The notes below the pieces were generated by a model. The model was given only the letters and a program-made list of their open reading frames with translations. It ran no database searches and was not told the origin of the DNA. Positions 12,282-25,800 of a stretch of DNA of 64,000 nt are shown one piece after another. Position 1 is the stretch's first letter; the number at the start of each line of letters is the position of its first letter. A program made the translations under genes and the position numbers. The stretch is from Octopus sinensis (Eukaryota): contig NC_043002.1 in the NCBI RefSeq assembly GCF_006345805.1, positions 4,898,001 to 4,962,000 on the forward strand, given 5' to 3'.

Positions 12282-13699
12282 TGTTTTCGTTCCAGCACAC
12301 AATCTCAGATCAAGTCACTCGCTATGCAAGTACATCTCCGTAAAAACAAAATTGCTTGGTTAAAAAAAAAAAGTCAAAGGATTGTCCCCCTTATATAACA
12401 CACAAAAGAAACAGAACAAGACATGACATGTTTTGTGTGTTAAGTTGTCAAATAATCCATAATAACACTTGACAAATAAGGTAACAGGAAACATTATCAC
12501 ATGTACAAAATAAAACAAAGAACGGTGTCAAGAATGCCTGATAACAAAATAATCTGCTCAGCAATGCTACTGATTTAGAAGCCTCCAAAGTGTCTCAAAC
12601 GGCTATTTTTAATATCTGTGCAGTTTTGTTTTTTTTTATCAGATAAACTTGATTTTATTGAAGATATGTTTGTATTTTTTCATTAGTCATGTTGATGAAT
12701 CAACAAATATTTTCTTTAACTAAAACGGGTTTACTCACGCATTATCACGAGCACAGATTAATAATGCTTAAACACTTTTCAAAAAGTGGTGGAGATCTTC
12801 CTATTTTTTGTTTATTTTTTATTATTTACCAGCAAACTACATTACCAATAATAAACAATACATGACTATCATTGCTCTCTTCCCCCCCTCTCTCTCTCTC
12901 TCTCTCCCTAGTTCATGACATTTATTTCTCCTTTTTTACTAGTTTTCTATCTCTACCACTATACCCCTCCATTATTTGGTTTATTCCATTATGCTCTCTC
13001 TCCCTCCCCTCTCTCTTTCTCCCTCTCTCTTTCCCTCTCTTTCTTCCCCTCTCTCTGACCTTGCTTGTCTTGTCTCGAATGAATAGAGGCAGCATAGAAT
13101 AATGATGACTCTTTAGTTTTGCAAGGGACATAGCACCCCCACTAATGCTGGTGCCACAATAAAATGCACCCAATACCCTCTGTAGAGTGATTAGTAAAGA
13201 AATGCAGACAACTTGAAGCCAAGAAGATTATTTTAATCATACCAAAGACAGAACAACATCTCTCATGTTTTTGCCATAATAATATGCATCCAGTTTACTC
13301 TGTAAAGTGTTTAGAATTAGAAAGGACATGCAGCCATCGAAATGATACAAAACAAAATAGAATGTCTGAGCAAGATGTGGTTCTTGACCCATCTAGGCAG
13401 GAAATAGCACCAAATAAGAAGTGATTTAGACTGTGATGGTCAGTCCAGCACACACTAAGATGGGAAGCAGATATAAAATTATGATGATGATGACAATGGC
13501 AATGGCGATGATAGCAATTGTCCACAGCTGTATAAACCTTTTCTTCTCTTATTTGTAACATAGGAATGAACAGCTGGGAAGAATTAATTCCAAGGACCTC
13601 TGCTATTTTTTGTAGTAGAGCTTTCTCAAATGTTTGTGGTCATCGCTAAAGTTTTAGACTTCCAGCTCTGAGATCTTGTCTTCAAATCTTTTGTGTCTT

Positions 13700-13915
13700 T
13701 GTGTCTGTGTTTTGCCTCCCTATCACCACTTGATGACCAGTGCTGGTGTGTTTATGTCCCTGTAACTTAGCGGTTCAGCAAAAGAGACCGATAGAATTAG
13801 CACTAGGCTTTAAAAAATAAGTCCTGGGATCGATTTGTTACACTAAAACCCTTCAAGGTGGTGCTCCAGCATTGCCACAGTCAAATGACTGAAATAAGTA
13901 AAAGAATAAAGAATA
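13700..13915 (+). mobile_element. SINE family B, 3' half
   Basis: CAAAAGAGACCGATAGAAT..GTCAAATGACTGAAA..GTAAAAGA; ends ~45 nt before the exon acceptor. Confidence 0.8.
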
Positions 13916-13962
13916 AAACTTTGTGTATTTATATTTATACATGTATATGTATTCTATTGTAG

Positions 13963-14892
13963 ATCAAACTGGCATCTCTTCTCCACGATGGCTTTCAGAC
14001 AATATCTGCTCTCAGACCACAAGAATACCAAAACTGACTCATGTGACCAATGAAAACAAAGATGAAGATAATGCCTTTCAGGCCATGAACCAATCAGCTA
14101 TGTTCCCTGGCGAGACTTCTTCTAAACCTCATAATAACCAGCCTCAGATAAATTTTTTGCCAAATCCAATTACCAACAATTTTAATAGAAAAACATCATC
14201 ATTAGCATCGTGCTTATCATCTCCTGAAATCCAAATCCAAGAATTTCCATCATCATCTCCTTCAGTTTCTTCATCCCTTCTCAATTTACCCAAAAGACAA
14301 GACAGCTACAGGAACGAGAATGAACTTGCTCCAAATATGACAATTCCACTCCATCATGCCATGGCAGTAGAAGAAAACAATCAAAGAACAATCGATAGGA
14401 TTGAAATTCATTCCTCAGACAATCTAAATTCCTCGTCAGTGAATGGTTTCCAAAAGGCAAACCTAGAAAAAGACTGTATGAATCTCGAGGAAGAAATGAA
14501 TTTAAACTATGATGTCGAGATAAAAGCTGAACCATTTTCGTCTTTTAGCGAAGAAGAAGTTAATCTTCAGAGTAACTGTGCCACTCAGTACGACATATTG
14601 GGGTCTGTGGGGAAAATGAACCAAAATGATGTGAATCAAAGCATTGGTTGTGAAGGTAACATTACTCAGTCTAAAGGAACTATAACGATTGATTTAAATG
14701 GTAAGATTCTTGAGGAGGATACGGATAACATTATGATGTCACAGAAACCACAACTAGGAGAGCAGCAACAGCATCATATGATGCAGCAGCAGCAGCAGTC
14801 GTCAGCTTTGCCGCCAGTAGAGTCTCTTACCGGCAGAATGTTTCTACACCAAATTCCAGTCATCAATCTGCAGAACTGTAACGTAAGGAAAG
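13963..14892 (+). CDS. Internal coding exon of a putative C2H2 zinc-finger transcription factor (low-complexity linker region)
   Basis: 930-nt open frame; acceptor ttctattgtAG at 13961-62 (phase 1); donor AAG|GTAAGG at 14893 (phase 1); psiKxE SUMO-type motif IKAE; polyQ. The ORF beyond 14892 is microsatellite read-through. Confidence 0.75.
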
Positions 14893-15064
14893 GTAAGGAT
14901 TGGAGCTCGGAATGTTCTTGGATGTCTGCATGTTCACTGGCTGTTGATATGGATAGACTGTGTGTGTGTGTGTGTGTGTGTGTGTGCACATGCATGTGTG
15001 TGTGTATGTGCTTGTGTTTGCATATGTTTGTGTGCATGTGTGCGTATGTATGTGTGTATGTACA

Positions 15065-15099
<35 letters not shown>

Positions 15100-15783
15100 T
15101 CTTCTTTTACATGTGTATTGAATACATTACATGTTTTAGTTGACATTTTCCCACCAAGGGGTTTTGTATTTTTGTATGAGCTCATTATAGTTTGTTTGGA
15201 ACAGTAAACAGCAAAGTTCCTAAATCCATTATAAATATTTCTAAACCTTCAAGGCCTCATCTTCAGAATGAAGTGATATTGGTGTGTGTTGTTGCCTCTT
15301 TATAGCTGACAGGGCCCATGTGATGGCTGTTGAATTTTATCTATTAGAGTTATACAGCTAAGTCATCAGCCAGGAATTCTTTTTGTCTGACTGTATATTT
15401 TAACATTGTGTTTAGCTAAAACCATTACTTTTATTTTTAATTATTTGTTTTAGTGGGGAATTCTCTAGAGTATACATGTGCTGTTCACTCATTTTTTCCT
15501 ACATCGTTCTATTTCATGTTAATGTGGCATAGTACACTGCAGTTGTTCCTTGTAAATGCATGGTTAGCTGCCAGGTGAATATCATTTTGGTTTGGCCAAC
15601 ATAACTGCTGGAATCATGAAGTTTACAACTTTCATGTTAGCAATCGGATTTATAAATGATATTAATTATTAGCAGCTCATTAGCAGCTTTACTTGTTTGT
15701 GGTTTGTTTTTAAAATGAAGGTATTTTTTTTATATTTTAGCATCTTAAAATACATATTAGTGTTCATTTATCAATTAGCTTAA

Positions 15784-16003
15784 CCCTTTTGTTACCAACC
15801 TGGCTGAAACCGCTTCTGGCTCTCAGTACAAATGTCTTGTTTTCATAAGTTTTGAATTAAAATCTTCCACCAAACCTTAATCATAATTTATGTTCCTAAT
15901 ACTAGCTGAACGGTAACTATGTTATTTTACTAAATTCTTTGTTATATTTGAAGTAATCGAAAGAAACACAGAGCATATCAAAATAAATACAGTAACAAAA
16001 GGG
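15784..16003. mobile_element. piggyBac-type MITE (220 bp)
   Basis: TTAA at 15780-83 and 16004-07; TIRs CCCTTTTGTTAC / GTAACAAAAGGG. Confidence 0.88.
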
Positions 16004-16334
16004 TTAATGCTTTTTATATTCTGTTTTACAAAGATTTTGATGATGTGTTCATCCATTCTATGATTACATCCATTTTATTAATATGCATTGAAATGATGTA
16101 TTTTATATGTGGTTAGTATATTTTTAATAAGCATAGTATCTGATATATTTGTAGCAGTGTTTCTTCTTGTGTTGTTCTGTTGCTTGGCCTGTCAGTTTGT
16201 TAGAAGGCCTGTGGTTAACTAGTGTTTGTTCAGGAGATTTCGTTATTTAGTGCTTCATTTCTGGAAGAGAATCTAAATGCTTCTTTCTAAGTAAGGATTT
16301 TACCTCTGTCATTTTTTGTTAGTCTAATCAGACA

Positions 16335-16700
16335 CGATCATCATCATTATTGTTTAACATCCGTTTTCCGTGCTAGCACGGGTTGGACAGTTCGACCGGG
16401 GTCTGGGAAGCGAGGAGGCTGCTCCAGGCCCAGTCTGATCTGGCAGTGTTTCTACAGATGGATGCCCTTTCTAACGCCAACCACTCCGAGAGTGTAGTGG
16501 GTGCTTTTTATGTGCCACCGGCACGGAAGCCAGTCAAGGCAGCGCTGGCATCGGCCACGTTTGGATGGTGCATTTTACGTGCCACCGGCACAGGTATCAC
16601 AACTACAATTTCCAATTGATTTTTGATGTTGATGTACTTGACTCAATAGGTCTCCTCAAGCACAGCAGGTCACCCTATATGATATATTTGTTGATTTGTA
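16335..16700 (-). mobile_element. SINE family C
   Basis: Family C core on the minus strand. Confidence 0.75.
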
Positions 16701-16870
16701 TCTGCATGTTTATGCCAAGAAATGGAACATTGTATTGTCAGATTTGATTTCTACTGTTCTGGTTGTTGAATTTTTGTACAGAGTTGTTTTCTAGGTCTTC
16801 TTTTAATTTACCAGCATCTTGCAGTATGGTTATGGCGAGAATAACATCCATATAACTGCTGTATTTACAG

Positions 16871-17286
16871 GTGGCGAGCTGGCAGAAACGTTAGCAAGCC
16901 GGGCGAAATGCGTAGCCATATTTCGTCTGCCGTTACGTTCTGAGTTCAAATTCCGCCGAGGTCGACTTTGACTTTCATCCTTTCGGGGTCGATAAATTAA
17001 GTACCAGTTACGCACTGAGGTCGATATAATCAACTTAATCCGTTTGTCTGTCCTTGTTTGTCCTCTCTGTGTTTAGCCCCTTGTGGGTAGTAAAGAAATA
17101 GGTATTTCGTCTGCCACTATGTTCTGAGTTCAAATTCCGCCGTGGTCGACTTTGCCTTTCATCCTTTCGGGGTCAATAAATTAAGTACCAGTTACTCACT
17201 GGGGTCAATATAATCGACTTAATCCATTTGTCTGTCCTTGTTTGTCTTCTCTATGTTTAGCCCCTTGTGGGTAGTAAAGAAATAAA
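16871..17286 (+). mobile_element. SINE family N with tandem duplication of its 3' three-quarters
   Basis: Full copy 16871-17110, then a repeat of TATTTCGTCTGCC..GTAAAGAAATA to 17286. Confidence 0.85.
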
Positions 17287-17721
17287 TATATTTACAATGC
17301 TTTAGCAGCTTCTTTAAGTATGTTAGCTGGTATGATGAATGGTTTTATCCTTAGGTATTTGTATACATTTTTTAATATAGCTTCTATTGTTTCCGACACT
17401 GAAGTATTGGCAAACAGAATTTCCCCATCTAAGATAGAGATGTTCCCTACACCATTGCTATCTTCAGAGATCTCTTGCAACTCTTCAGATAACTATATAC
17501 TATGCCATTCCATACAAAACTTTACTATGAAGTAAATCCATAGATTTTAGCTGTCACTGCATTTATAATTTCATCATCGTAATTTAACATCCATTTTCCC
17601 TGCTGACATGGGTTTTAAAAGTTAATTAAATGTATTACATTGATTAGACAGTTGTAGATATTTGTCATGTTTATTGTGGACAGTAAAAGAGAGATCATCT
17701 GGGCTCTAGTTTCAAGTGTTA

Positions 17722-19020
17722 AATAATAATAATAATAATAATTGTGTACAGTGCTCAGGTGCACTACAACTCATCTAAAGTGTATATATAATCAGGTGTA
17801 GTTTCGGCGGATTTCGGAAAGCATGAGGGCCTTAAAAGATGCAGTGTCATGGCAGTCAACAACTGACGCAGGCAGTTTATTCCATGCTTCAGCAACTCTG
17901 AGCGTGAAAAAATGTTTCCGAAAGTCATGGGAGCTGTATTGTTTTCTGACTTTGTAGGCATGTCCACGTGTGTTAGACACATGGAGATCAAAAAGGTGTT
18001 CAGTGTTGTTGTTGGTGAGGTGGTTGATAACTTTGTGGGTGTTTACCAAGTCCGTCGCCAAACGCCGGAGCTTCAGTGAATCCATGCCCAGGGAAACAAG
18101 GCGCTCAGAATATGGTAGGTGTCTGATGGAGGGTATGCGTTTGGTTGCACGTCTCTGGACAGATTCCAGGAGGTCAATGTTCTGTGCAAGATAGGGGTTC
18201 CAAACTGATGATGTGAATTCCAAGTGTGGTCGTACCATAGCTGTATACAGTTTTAAATAGATGGCTGGAGAGCGGCTAACAAAAGACCTGCTGAGTGATG
18301 CCAAGACACCCTCGGCCTTCCTGACAATCTTAGAGATATGCTTTGACCAACGCAAATCACTGCTGACAGTGATGCCTAGGTCACGCTCGCAAGAGGATTT
18401 CTTGATATCAGTGTGTGGAGGGAGTATGTGAACGCAGGGTTTTTTCTCCCAAAATGCATGGTGGTACACTTGTCCACAGCCAGTTTCAGTTGCCAGTCTG
18501 TGATCCATTGCTGCATTGTGTCTAGGTCTGATTGCAGGAAAGAGTTGTAGACATCAGGATCTGTCCTCTTGATTTCAAGGTACAGCTTGATGTCGTCTGC
18601 ATATTTCAATACTGTGGCATTCTTTAAATTGGCATCTATGTCGTTAATGTATGCCACAAACAAGAGGGGACCAAGGACAGATCCCTGTGGTACACCCGAT
18701 GACATCTCATATGGTGTAGAGTGCTGTCCTAGAACTGTGACTACCTCCTTTCGGCTGAGGATGAAGGATTTCAACCAGTTAAAAAGGTCATACCCCACAC
18801 CCATTGCAGAGAGTTTCACCATAAGCCTTTTGTGTGGCACAGAGTTGAAAGCCTTAGCAAAGTCAAGGTAGACAACATCCACCCATGAGCCACTGTCAGT
18901 AATCTGAGTAATGTCCTCAAGGAACTCCACAAGCTGGTCACTGCAGCTGGAGTTAGGGACAAATCCATATTGTGAGGGTCGGATGAGACTGTGAGAGCTC
19001 CATTGGTTGTTACATTCCAT
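17722..19020 (-). mobile_element. CR1/L2-type LINE, 5'-truncated, frameshifted RT
   Basis: RT motifs QYGF, YLDFAKAFNSVPH, GVPQGSVLGPLLF, KYADD; C-terminal FFTLRVAEAWNKLP; (TTA)n tail at ~17722-17742. Confidence 0.93.
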
Positions 19021-19262
19021 TGGTACTCATTTAACTTACACTTAACTGAACACTGTCAAAAAGTATTTAAAGCCAGTGTCATTAGGCATAACTTAATTAA
19101 GTGGACTGATTTGAATATTTTATACATTTTTGGCTGTTACTATTAAGTAAATTACTGACCTATCAGCAGTGTTTATTTTTCATTCTAAACTTTACTGTGG
19201 AGTAAATCCATAGATTTTTGATATCATTGTATTTATAAATAAATTAGATTTATTATATATAT

Positions 19263-19580
19263 TAGAGTGGCACCTTGGGCAAGTGTCTTCTACTATAGCC
19301 TCGGGCTGACCAAAGCCTTGTGAGTGGATTTGGCAAACGGAAACTGAAGGAAGCCTGTCGTATATATATATATGTTTGTGTGTCTGTGTTTGTCCCCTCA
19401 ACATCGCTTGACAACCGATGCTGGTGTGTTTACGTCTGCATAACTTAGCGGTTCAGCAAAAGAGACCGATAGAATAAGTACTAGACTTACAAAGAATAAG
19501 TCCTGGGGTCAGTTTGCTCGACTAAAGGCGGTGCTCCAGCGTGGCCGCAGTCAAATGACTGAAACAAGTAAAAGAGTAAA
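19263..19580 (+). mobile_element. SINE family B, 5'-truncated
   Basis: GTGGCACCTTGGGCAAGTGTCTTC..GTAAAAGA. Confidence 0.85.
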
Positions 19581-19934
19581 AGGGAGTCATAAGCATCTTT
19601 CATGTTTATCCAACCTTCCTGTAAGCAGTGAGGCTGTATAGACTCATTGCCAATCACTTTACCTTCCTCTTAACGAACCACTGTGAAATTTATTCAACCC
19701 AACCCTTCAGCATTCAAATTACTCCGTCAAATGTAGTGCTTATTTATTTACATTGCTTTGAATTAATCACGCATTATCTCTTAGCTTTGAGATTTCAGTG
19801 ATGTGCTTGTATTTTTTTAGAATGACATTGTAGGGTAGGTGTGAGAGGCTAGATATCGCCCATTTGAATATAAAACAGGTAGAATATTTGGGCTGGATAT
19901 GGCCAGTTTAAATGCTAAAAGGTTAAAGCTACTC

Positions 19935-20205
19935 TGTTGTGTCTGGGGAGAGTCATTTTCTTTTTGTGCCTTATTTAACACATTCACCGGTAAAATTTCC
20001 ACTTATTTACTTATTTATTTATTGTTCTAAAATTTTTGTTGTATCTTGCAACCTTTTCAATAGTTTTGAGTCAAAACTATTGAAAAGGTTGCAAGACGCA
20101 ACGAAAATTTTAGGAAAATAAAAATAAGAAAAAAGGGGAAATTTTACCGGTGAATGTGTTAAATAAGGCACAAAAAGAAAAGGACTCTCCCTAGACACAA
20201 CAGAA
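19935..20205. repeat. Inverted repeat, ~135-bp arms, 1-nt centre
   Basis: Centre AGTTTTGA-G-TCAAAACT at 20070; family also at 23325-23570 and 55140-55270. Confidence 0.9.
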
Positions 20206-20784
20206 TATGCTTCAACACACGAACTCATATAAAGAATCTTGCAAACTAAATCCAAAAACGAAAGGTTAAAGCTACTGTTAATTAGGTTAATAACAAAATC
20301 AGGTAAACTGATTTCGATATTTTACACGTTTTTGTTTCAGTCTACTCCTTAGTAAAGTTCAGTAAACCCTGTTGATATGTCAGTGATTTATTTAGTAAAA
20401 ATAACTGCCAAAAATATGTCAAATATTCAAATCAATCTGATAACAGTGGCTTTAATTACAATTTGACAGCAGTCAGTTAAGAGATGAATAAGTGAAAACT
20501 GATGTGAGTATATGACATTTGATTCATCTTTAATTGTCCATAAGAGGTTGTATAAATACAACAGATGTTTAAGACTTACAAATGTATTTGATAAATTTGA
20601 TTCATTTATAAATGCAGAGGCAGCTAAAATTTATGAATTCACTCCATAGAAAAGTTTAGTATGAAAAATAAACGCTGCCAACACAGTAATCTACTCACCA
20701 CACCTTTCTTACTGTGTATTTTTGATAATATTGCCTAATTGTTTAGCAATTGTGTGAAAAGTATAATTATTTGAGATATAACTG

Positions 20785-21005
20785 ATCGTGGCCGTTGCCA
20801 GCCTCGCCTGGCACCTGTTACGGTGGTGCGTAAAAAGCACCCACTACACTCACGGAGTGGTTGGCGTTAGGAAGGGCATCCAGCTGTAGAAACATTGCCA
20901 GATCAGACTGGTGCCTGGTGCAGCCTCCTGGCTTCTCAGACCCCGGTCGAACTGTCCAACCCATGCTAGAGTATATACATGGAAAGCGGATGTTAAATGA
21001 TGATT
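20785..21005 (+). mobile_element. SINE family C
   Basis: Family C core. Confidence 0.75.
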
Positions 21006-21474
21006 ATGAGTAGAAGGGGTTTGTTTTGTTTGTACATTTCTGTTTTTAATGTTTTGTCTGTATGTTCTTTGGTTGTGTTGCTTTCGCAGATTCCCATGAC
21101 TCATGTCACCATCTAATTCCATTATTATGAATTTGAATTGGGGGCTGGAGTCATAGTGAATCTTTCATTAAGAGTAGAGTCCACAGTGATCCGTAGGTAG
21201 GAGAGGTGCAGCCGGAGGGTAAATGTCCGAAAGAGAATCCGTAAAGGGTAGATAGAGAGTCCAATGGAGAAGTTCGTGTGTGGTAAGAAATGACAGGATC
21301 AACATCTTTCATCAGCTGATTAAGTAACCATGGAACCATGGATGTGTTGTAGTTATTCTCTTGATAGAGCTTAGTAGCCCTGATTGTCGATCTTCTAAGA
21401 TTCCTCCACTCAGTATCAATGTGAGAAGCACCTTTGGCTCAGTTGAACTCTTCTGCTGCCTCTTCACAATCTAT

Positions 21475-21689
21475 TTCTTTACTACCCACAAGGGGCTAAA
21501 CACAGAAAGGACAGACAAATGGATTAAGTCGACTACATCAACCCCAGTGCATAACTGGTACTTATTTAATCGACCCCGAAAGGATGAAAGGCAAAGTCGA
21601 CCTCGGCAGAATTTGAACTCAGAACGTAGTGGCAGGCGAAATACGGCTAAGCATTTCGCCCGGCGTGCTAACATTTCTGCCAGCTCGCC
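21475..21689 (-). mobile_element. SINE family N with 17-bp TSD
   Basis: TSD GCCTCTTCACAATCTAT at 21458-21474 and 21690-21706. Confidence 0.9.
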
Positions 21690-23002
21690 GCCTCTTCACA
21701 ATCTATCATGTTGCAGTCATGTGACTCTGCTGTATCTCTGGCAGAATGGCTGAACAGGTGCTATACCTTGCCAAAGAACAACCCATGATTATGCAGGGCA
21801 CAGTCGTCACTTCGTGAGGTATTTTCAGAATACCCACAAACCCTATGTACTTGGAAAAATTCTCTTCACTGAAGTGGAAATAAAGAATTCCTATTAGTGT
21901 GCTTCTCACTCTAATTGGATATTATTTATTTCACTTTTGAATAGCAGGTATTATCTTTTGAAATTCTAGTGTTGTGCATATATTGTAGATTGTATACGCA
22001 CATGGGACAATGAATGCCATCGTATATAGTGTCAGTGGTAAAATCCTTTCTAAGAAAGACATTTAGACCCCTCCCCCTGTACAAAAAAAAACACATGCCA
22101 ACTTCATCTCATCTTGAAGATGAAACTATGAAGATCTAGACACATCCATGATGGATTTAGGACTATTGTTTCAAACAAAATGTATGATGTCTGGAAGATG
22201 TGGAAAGAAACCTTGACAAAAATGATAAATATTGAACACAGTTGTGTATACAATACATCTGTTATAAATACACACAACACATACACACACATGTATATAT
22301 ATTTATGTAGTGTTTGGGTAATATTCCATCTAATGAGGTAATGTAATACATATATACACATGCAAAGGACTCGAGTTGACTTACCACCTAAAACTCTGAC
22401 TTGCACCGTGACTAAAACAAAAAGCATTGGTGTTATATCTACCTAGCAATGATTAGCTCTAGGTGGCTTATCATTGAAGAGACACAGGTACAGAAGAAGA
22501 ATGAACATATGAACAGGCAAACAACTGGTATTGGTTTACATTATGGCATTGATATCTCCTAATATAGCAATGGGCATAGTGTCTTGTTTTATATTTGTAT
22601 GTATATATATTTGTTCACAATCATGCCTGACATGGAGGAGGAGAGAAAATAGTAATTCAGTGAAGGAGAAATAGTGAGAGTTATCGCCCTGACTGAGAGG
22701 GAGTGAGAGAAAGTAATAGCAATGAAAGAAAGGAAGGGGTGAAAAAAAATCAGTGTTTCAACTCTGTATGAGTATATGTGTGTATGTGTGTGTGTGTGTA
22801 TACAAGGGAAGTATGTGAATGTTTGTATGTGTGATTATTATGTAACCTTATTTATATATAAAATACTACAATCAGCCATCATTATTGATGCCACGTGGTC
22901 TCAGATAGCCTAAATATAATTGCTGTGTTGTTACAATAGAGTAGACCATAAGAAATAATGAAGTGAAGTGTGCAGGTAGTCTCTTGGTAATATATGCATT
23001 TA

Positions 23003-23170
23003 CCCACTACACTCTCGGAGTGGTTGGCGTTAGGAAGGGCATCCAGCTGTAGAAACTCTGCCAAATCAAGATTGAAGCCTGGTGCAGCCATCTGGTTCGC
23101 CAGCCCAAAGTCAAACCGTCCAACCCATGCTAGCATGGAAAGCGGATAAACGATGATGATGATGATGATG
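23003..23170 (+). mobile_element. SINE family C, 3' part
   Basis: Core plus (GAT)n tail. Confidence 0.8.
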
Positions 23171-23324
23171 TATAAATGCCATAATCATCAGTCCACTTCT
23201 CCATACTATTGTGAGTTGGATGAAACTTTACGATATGTGTGTGTGTGTGTGTGTATTCATGTGTTTTATATGTATAGTTATATAAAGGCATTCAAACATT
23301 AACTGAAAAATCATTAGATTTATT

Positions 23325-23570
23325 CTGTTGTGTCTGGGGAGAGTCATTTTCTTTTTGTGCCTTATTATGTAACACACAGAGTCAAAACTATTGAAAAGGT
23401 TGCAAGACGCAACGGAAATTTTAGGACAATAAAAATAAGAAAAAAGTGGAAATTTTACTGGTGAGTGTGTTACATAATAAGGCACAAAAAGAGAATGACT
23501 CTCCCCAGAAGACAACAGAATATGCTTCAACACACCAACTCATATAAAGAATCTTGCAAACCAAATCCCA
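23325..23570. repeat. Second member of the 19935 inverted-repeat family, shorter inverted arm
   Basis: TTCTGTTGTGTCTGGGGAGAGTCAT.. versus ..ATGACTCTCCCCAGAAGACAACAGAA. Confidence 0.8.
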
Positions 23571-24367
23571 AAACGAAACATTAGATTTATTTTTACAAAG
23601 AAAACTTTAACAATTGTATATGAACATGGTTGTATGGTAAGAAGTTTGTTTCTAAACCACATGGTCCTGGGTTCACTCCCACTATACATCTTCGGCAAGT
23701 GTCTTCTACTGTTGCTTTGGGCCAACCAAAGCTTTGTGAATGGATTTGATAGACAGAAACTGAAAGAAGCCCATTGTATATGTGTATGTGTGTCTATGCT
23801 TGTCTTCCATCACCCCTTGATAAGCAGTGTTGGTTTGCTTACATCCCCATAACCAAGTAGTTTGGCAAAACTGACTGACAAAATTGACTAAAATTCTACA
23901 AGATGGTGCCCCAGCATATATATATAGATATAGATATATAGATATATAGATATATATATATATATAATAATAATAATTATTATAATTATTTGAGGGAATA
24001 TTATTCCTAACTTACAGGGAAAAATTCAATTTAGAAATACTAAATCAAATTTCCCTAAGACAATATACATATATAAAAATTAGGAAAAAAAACACCTTTT
24101 ATCAATTCAAAATGAACAATTAAATTACACCATCTAGAAAATTACATATAATAGAAATATTAATATTAAAATAACAATAAAATCTTTAATATTATTAATA
24201 AGTTTTAAAATATATTCCTATATAGATGGTATAGGAATATCCTTTGAAAGATGAATTCCAAAAGAATGGTTCTATTTTACCTGTAAGTTCCATAACTGAC
24301 GATAATGAGGATAATTTCTCAGAAACATTAGTTATAAATATAATAATAATAATAATAATATATATAT

Positions 24368-24584
24368 ACTCTTTTACTCTTTTAATTGTTTCAGTCATTT
24401 GACTGCTGCCATGCTGGAGCACCACCTTTAGTCGAGCAAATCGACCCCGGGACTTATTCTTTGTAAGCCCAGTACTTATTCTATTGGTCTCTTTTTGCTG
24501 AACCGCAAAGTGATGGGGACATAAACACACCAGCATCGGTTGTCAAGCGATGGTGGGGGGACAAACACAGACACACAAACATAT

Positions 24585-24642
<58 letters not shown>

Positions 24643-24828
24643 TATATATACATATATACATATATATACATATATACGACAGGCTTCTTTTAGTTTCCAT
24701 CTACCAAATCCACTCACAAGGCTTTGGTCGACCCGAGGCTATAGTAGAAGACACTTGCCCAAGATGCCACGCAGTGGGACTGAACCCGGAACCATGTGCT
24801 TGGTAAGCAAGCTACTTACCACACAGCC
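24368..24828 (-). mobile_element. SINE family B with internal (TA)n expansion
   Basis: Reverse-complement family B from the TCTTTTACT tail to the head ACCACACAGCC. Confidence 0.85.
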
Positions 24829-25039
24829 AATATATATATATATATATATAAAATGTTACAGGCACAATCATGGTTGTATGGTTTAAAAGTTTGCTTTACA
24901 GTCACATAGCTTTCAAGATTCTGTCCAACAGTACAACACCTTCAGTATGGGTCTACTATGATAGTTCTCAGTTGACTAATGTTTCATGAGTGCATTTCAT
25001 AAAAGCCATGTACAAGCCCATTGCATGTGTGTGTGTGTG

Positions 25040-25372
25040 CACAATATATATATATATATATAACAGATATATATGTATATAATATATAAGATATATATAT
25101 ATAAGATATGTATATATAATATATAACACATACACATATATATATGATATATTTATAATATATAACATATATATTATATGATATATATATATATATATGT
25201 AATTAATATATATATACATTATATATATATATCATATATAATATATGTATATATATCTTATATAATATATATATATATGCACACACACAGTCATATATAT
25301 AAATATATATATGTATGTATGTATGTATATACTCATATATATATATCATATATCATATATATATATATATGT
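25040..25372. repeat. (TA)n-rich microsatellite upstream of ZnF exon A
   Basis: Direct reading. Confidence 0.9.
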
Positions 25373-25393
25373 AATTCTCTCTATTATTTTCAG

Positions 25394-25740
25394 TGACATC
25401 CACCACAGGACGCAATAAAAAGTCTGTTCCTGCCGTTCTTAGTTCGACCAAACTCTCCAATAATTCAAATAGCAATGCCAGAGGAAAGCTTATCTGCCAG
25501 ACGTGTGGGAAAATTTTCAGATGCCGTTCCTCTTTGTCACGACATAAGTGGCTTCATAGAGAGAAAAGACATCGGTGTTTTGTCTGTAAGAAAGCTTTCC
25601 ATCGCAAAGAACACTTATACCTTCATTTGAAGCGCCATGCGAAGTCTAATGATATCACCTGTCCCATTTGTGCTATGAAAGGCAGTAACCTCCATGCCAT
25701 TGAAGAACACATAAGGCAGTGTCACCAGAATATTTTCTGA
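25394..25740 (+). CDS. Terminal exon A: three C2H2 zinc fingers
   Basis: Acceptor ttattttcAG|TG (phase 1); CQTC..HKWLH, CFVC..HLKRH, CPIC..HIRQCH; TGA 25738-40; AATAAA at ~25842. Confidence 0.85.
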
Positions 25741-25766
25741 ATGGCAAATTTGTAAAGTGTACATAA

Positions 25767-25800
<34 letters not shown>

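Noticed and set aside
13923-15143. 406-aa ORF as a single-exon gene
   Set aside because: Both ends run into intronic microsatellite-like sequence (YLYLYM.., VCVCVC..ERERER); splice sites delimit 13963-14892
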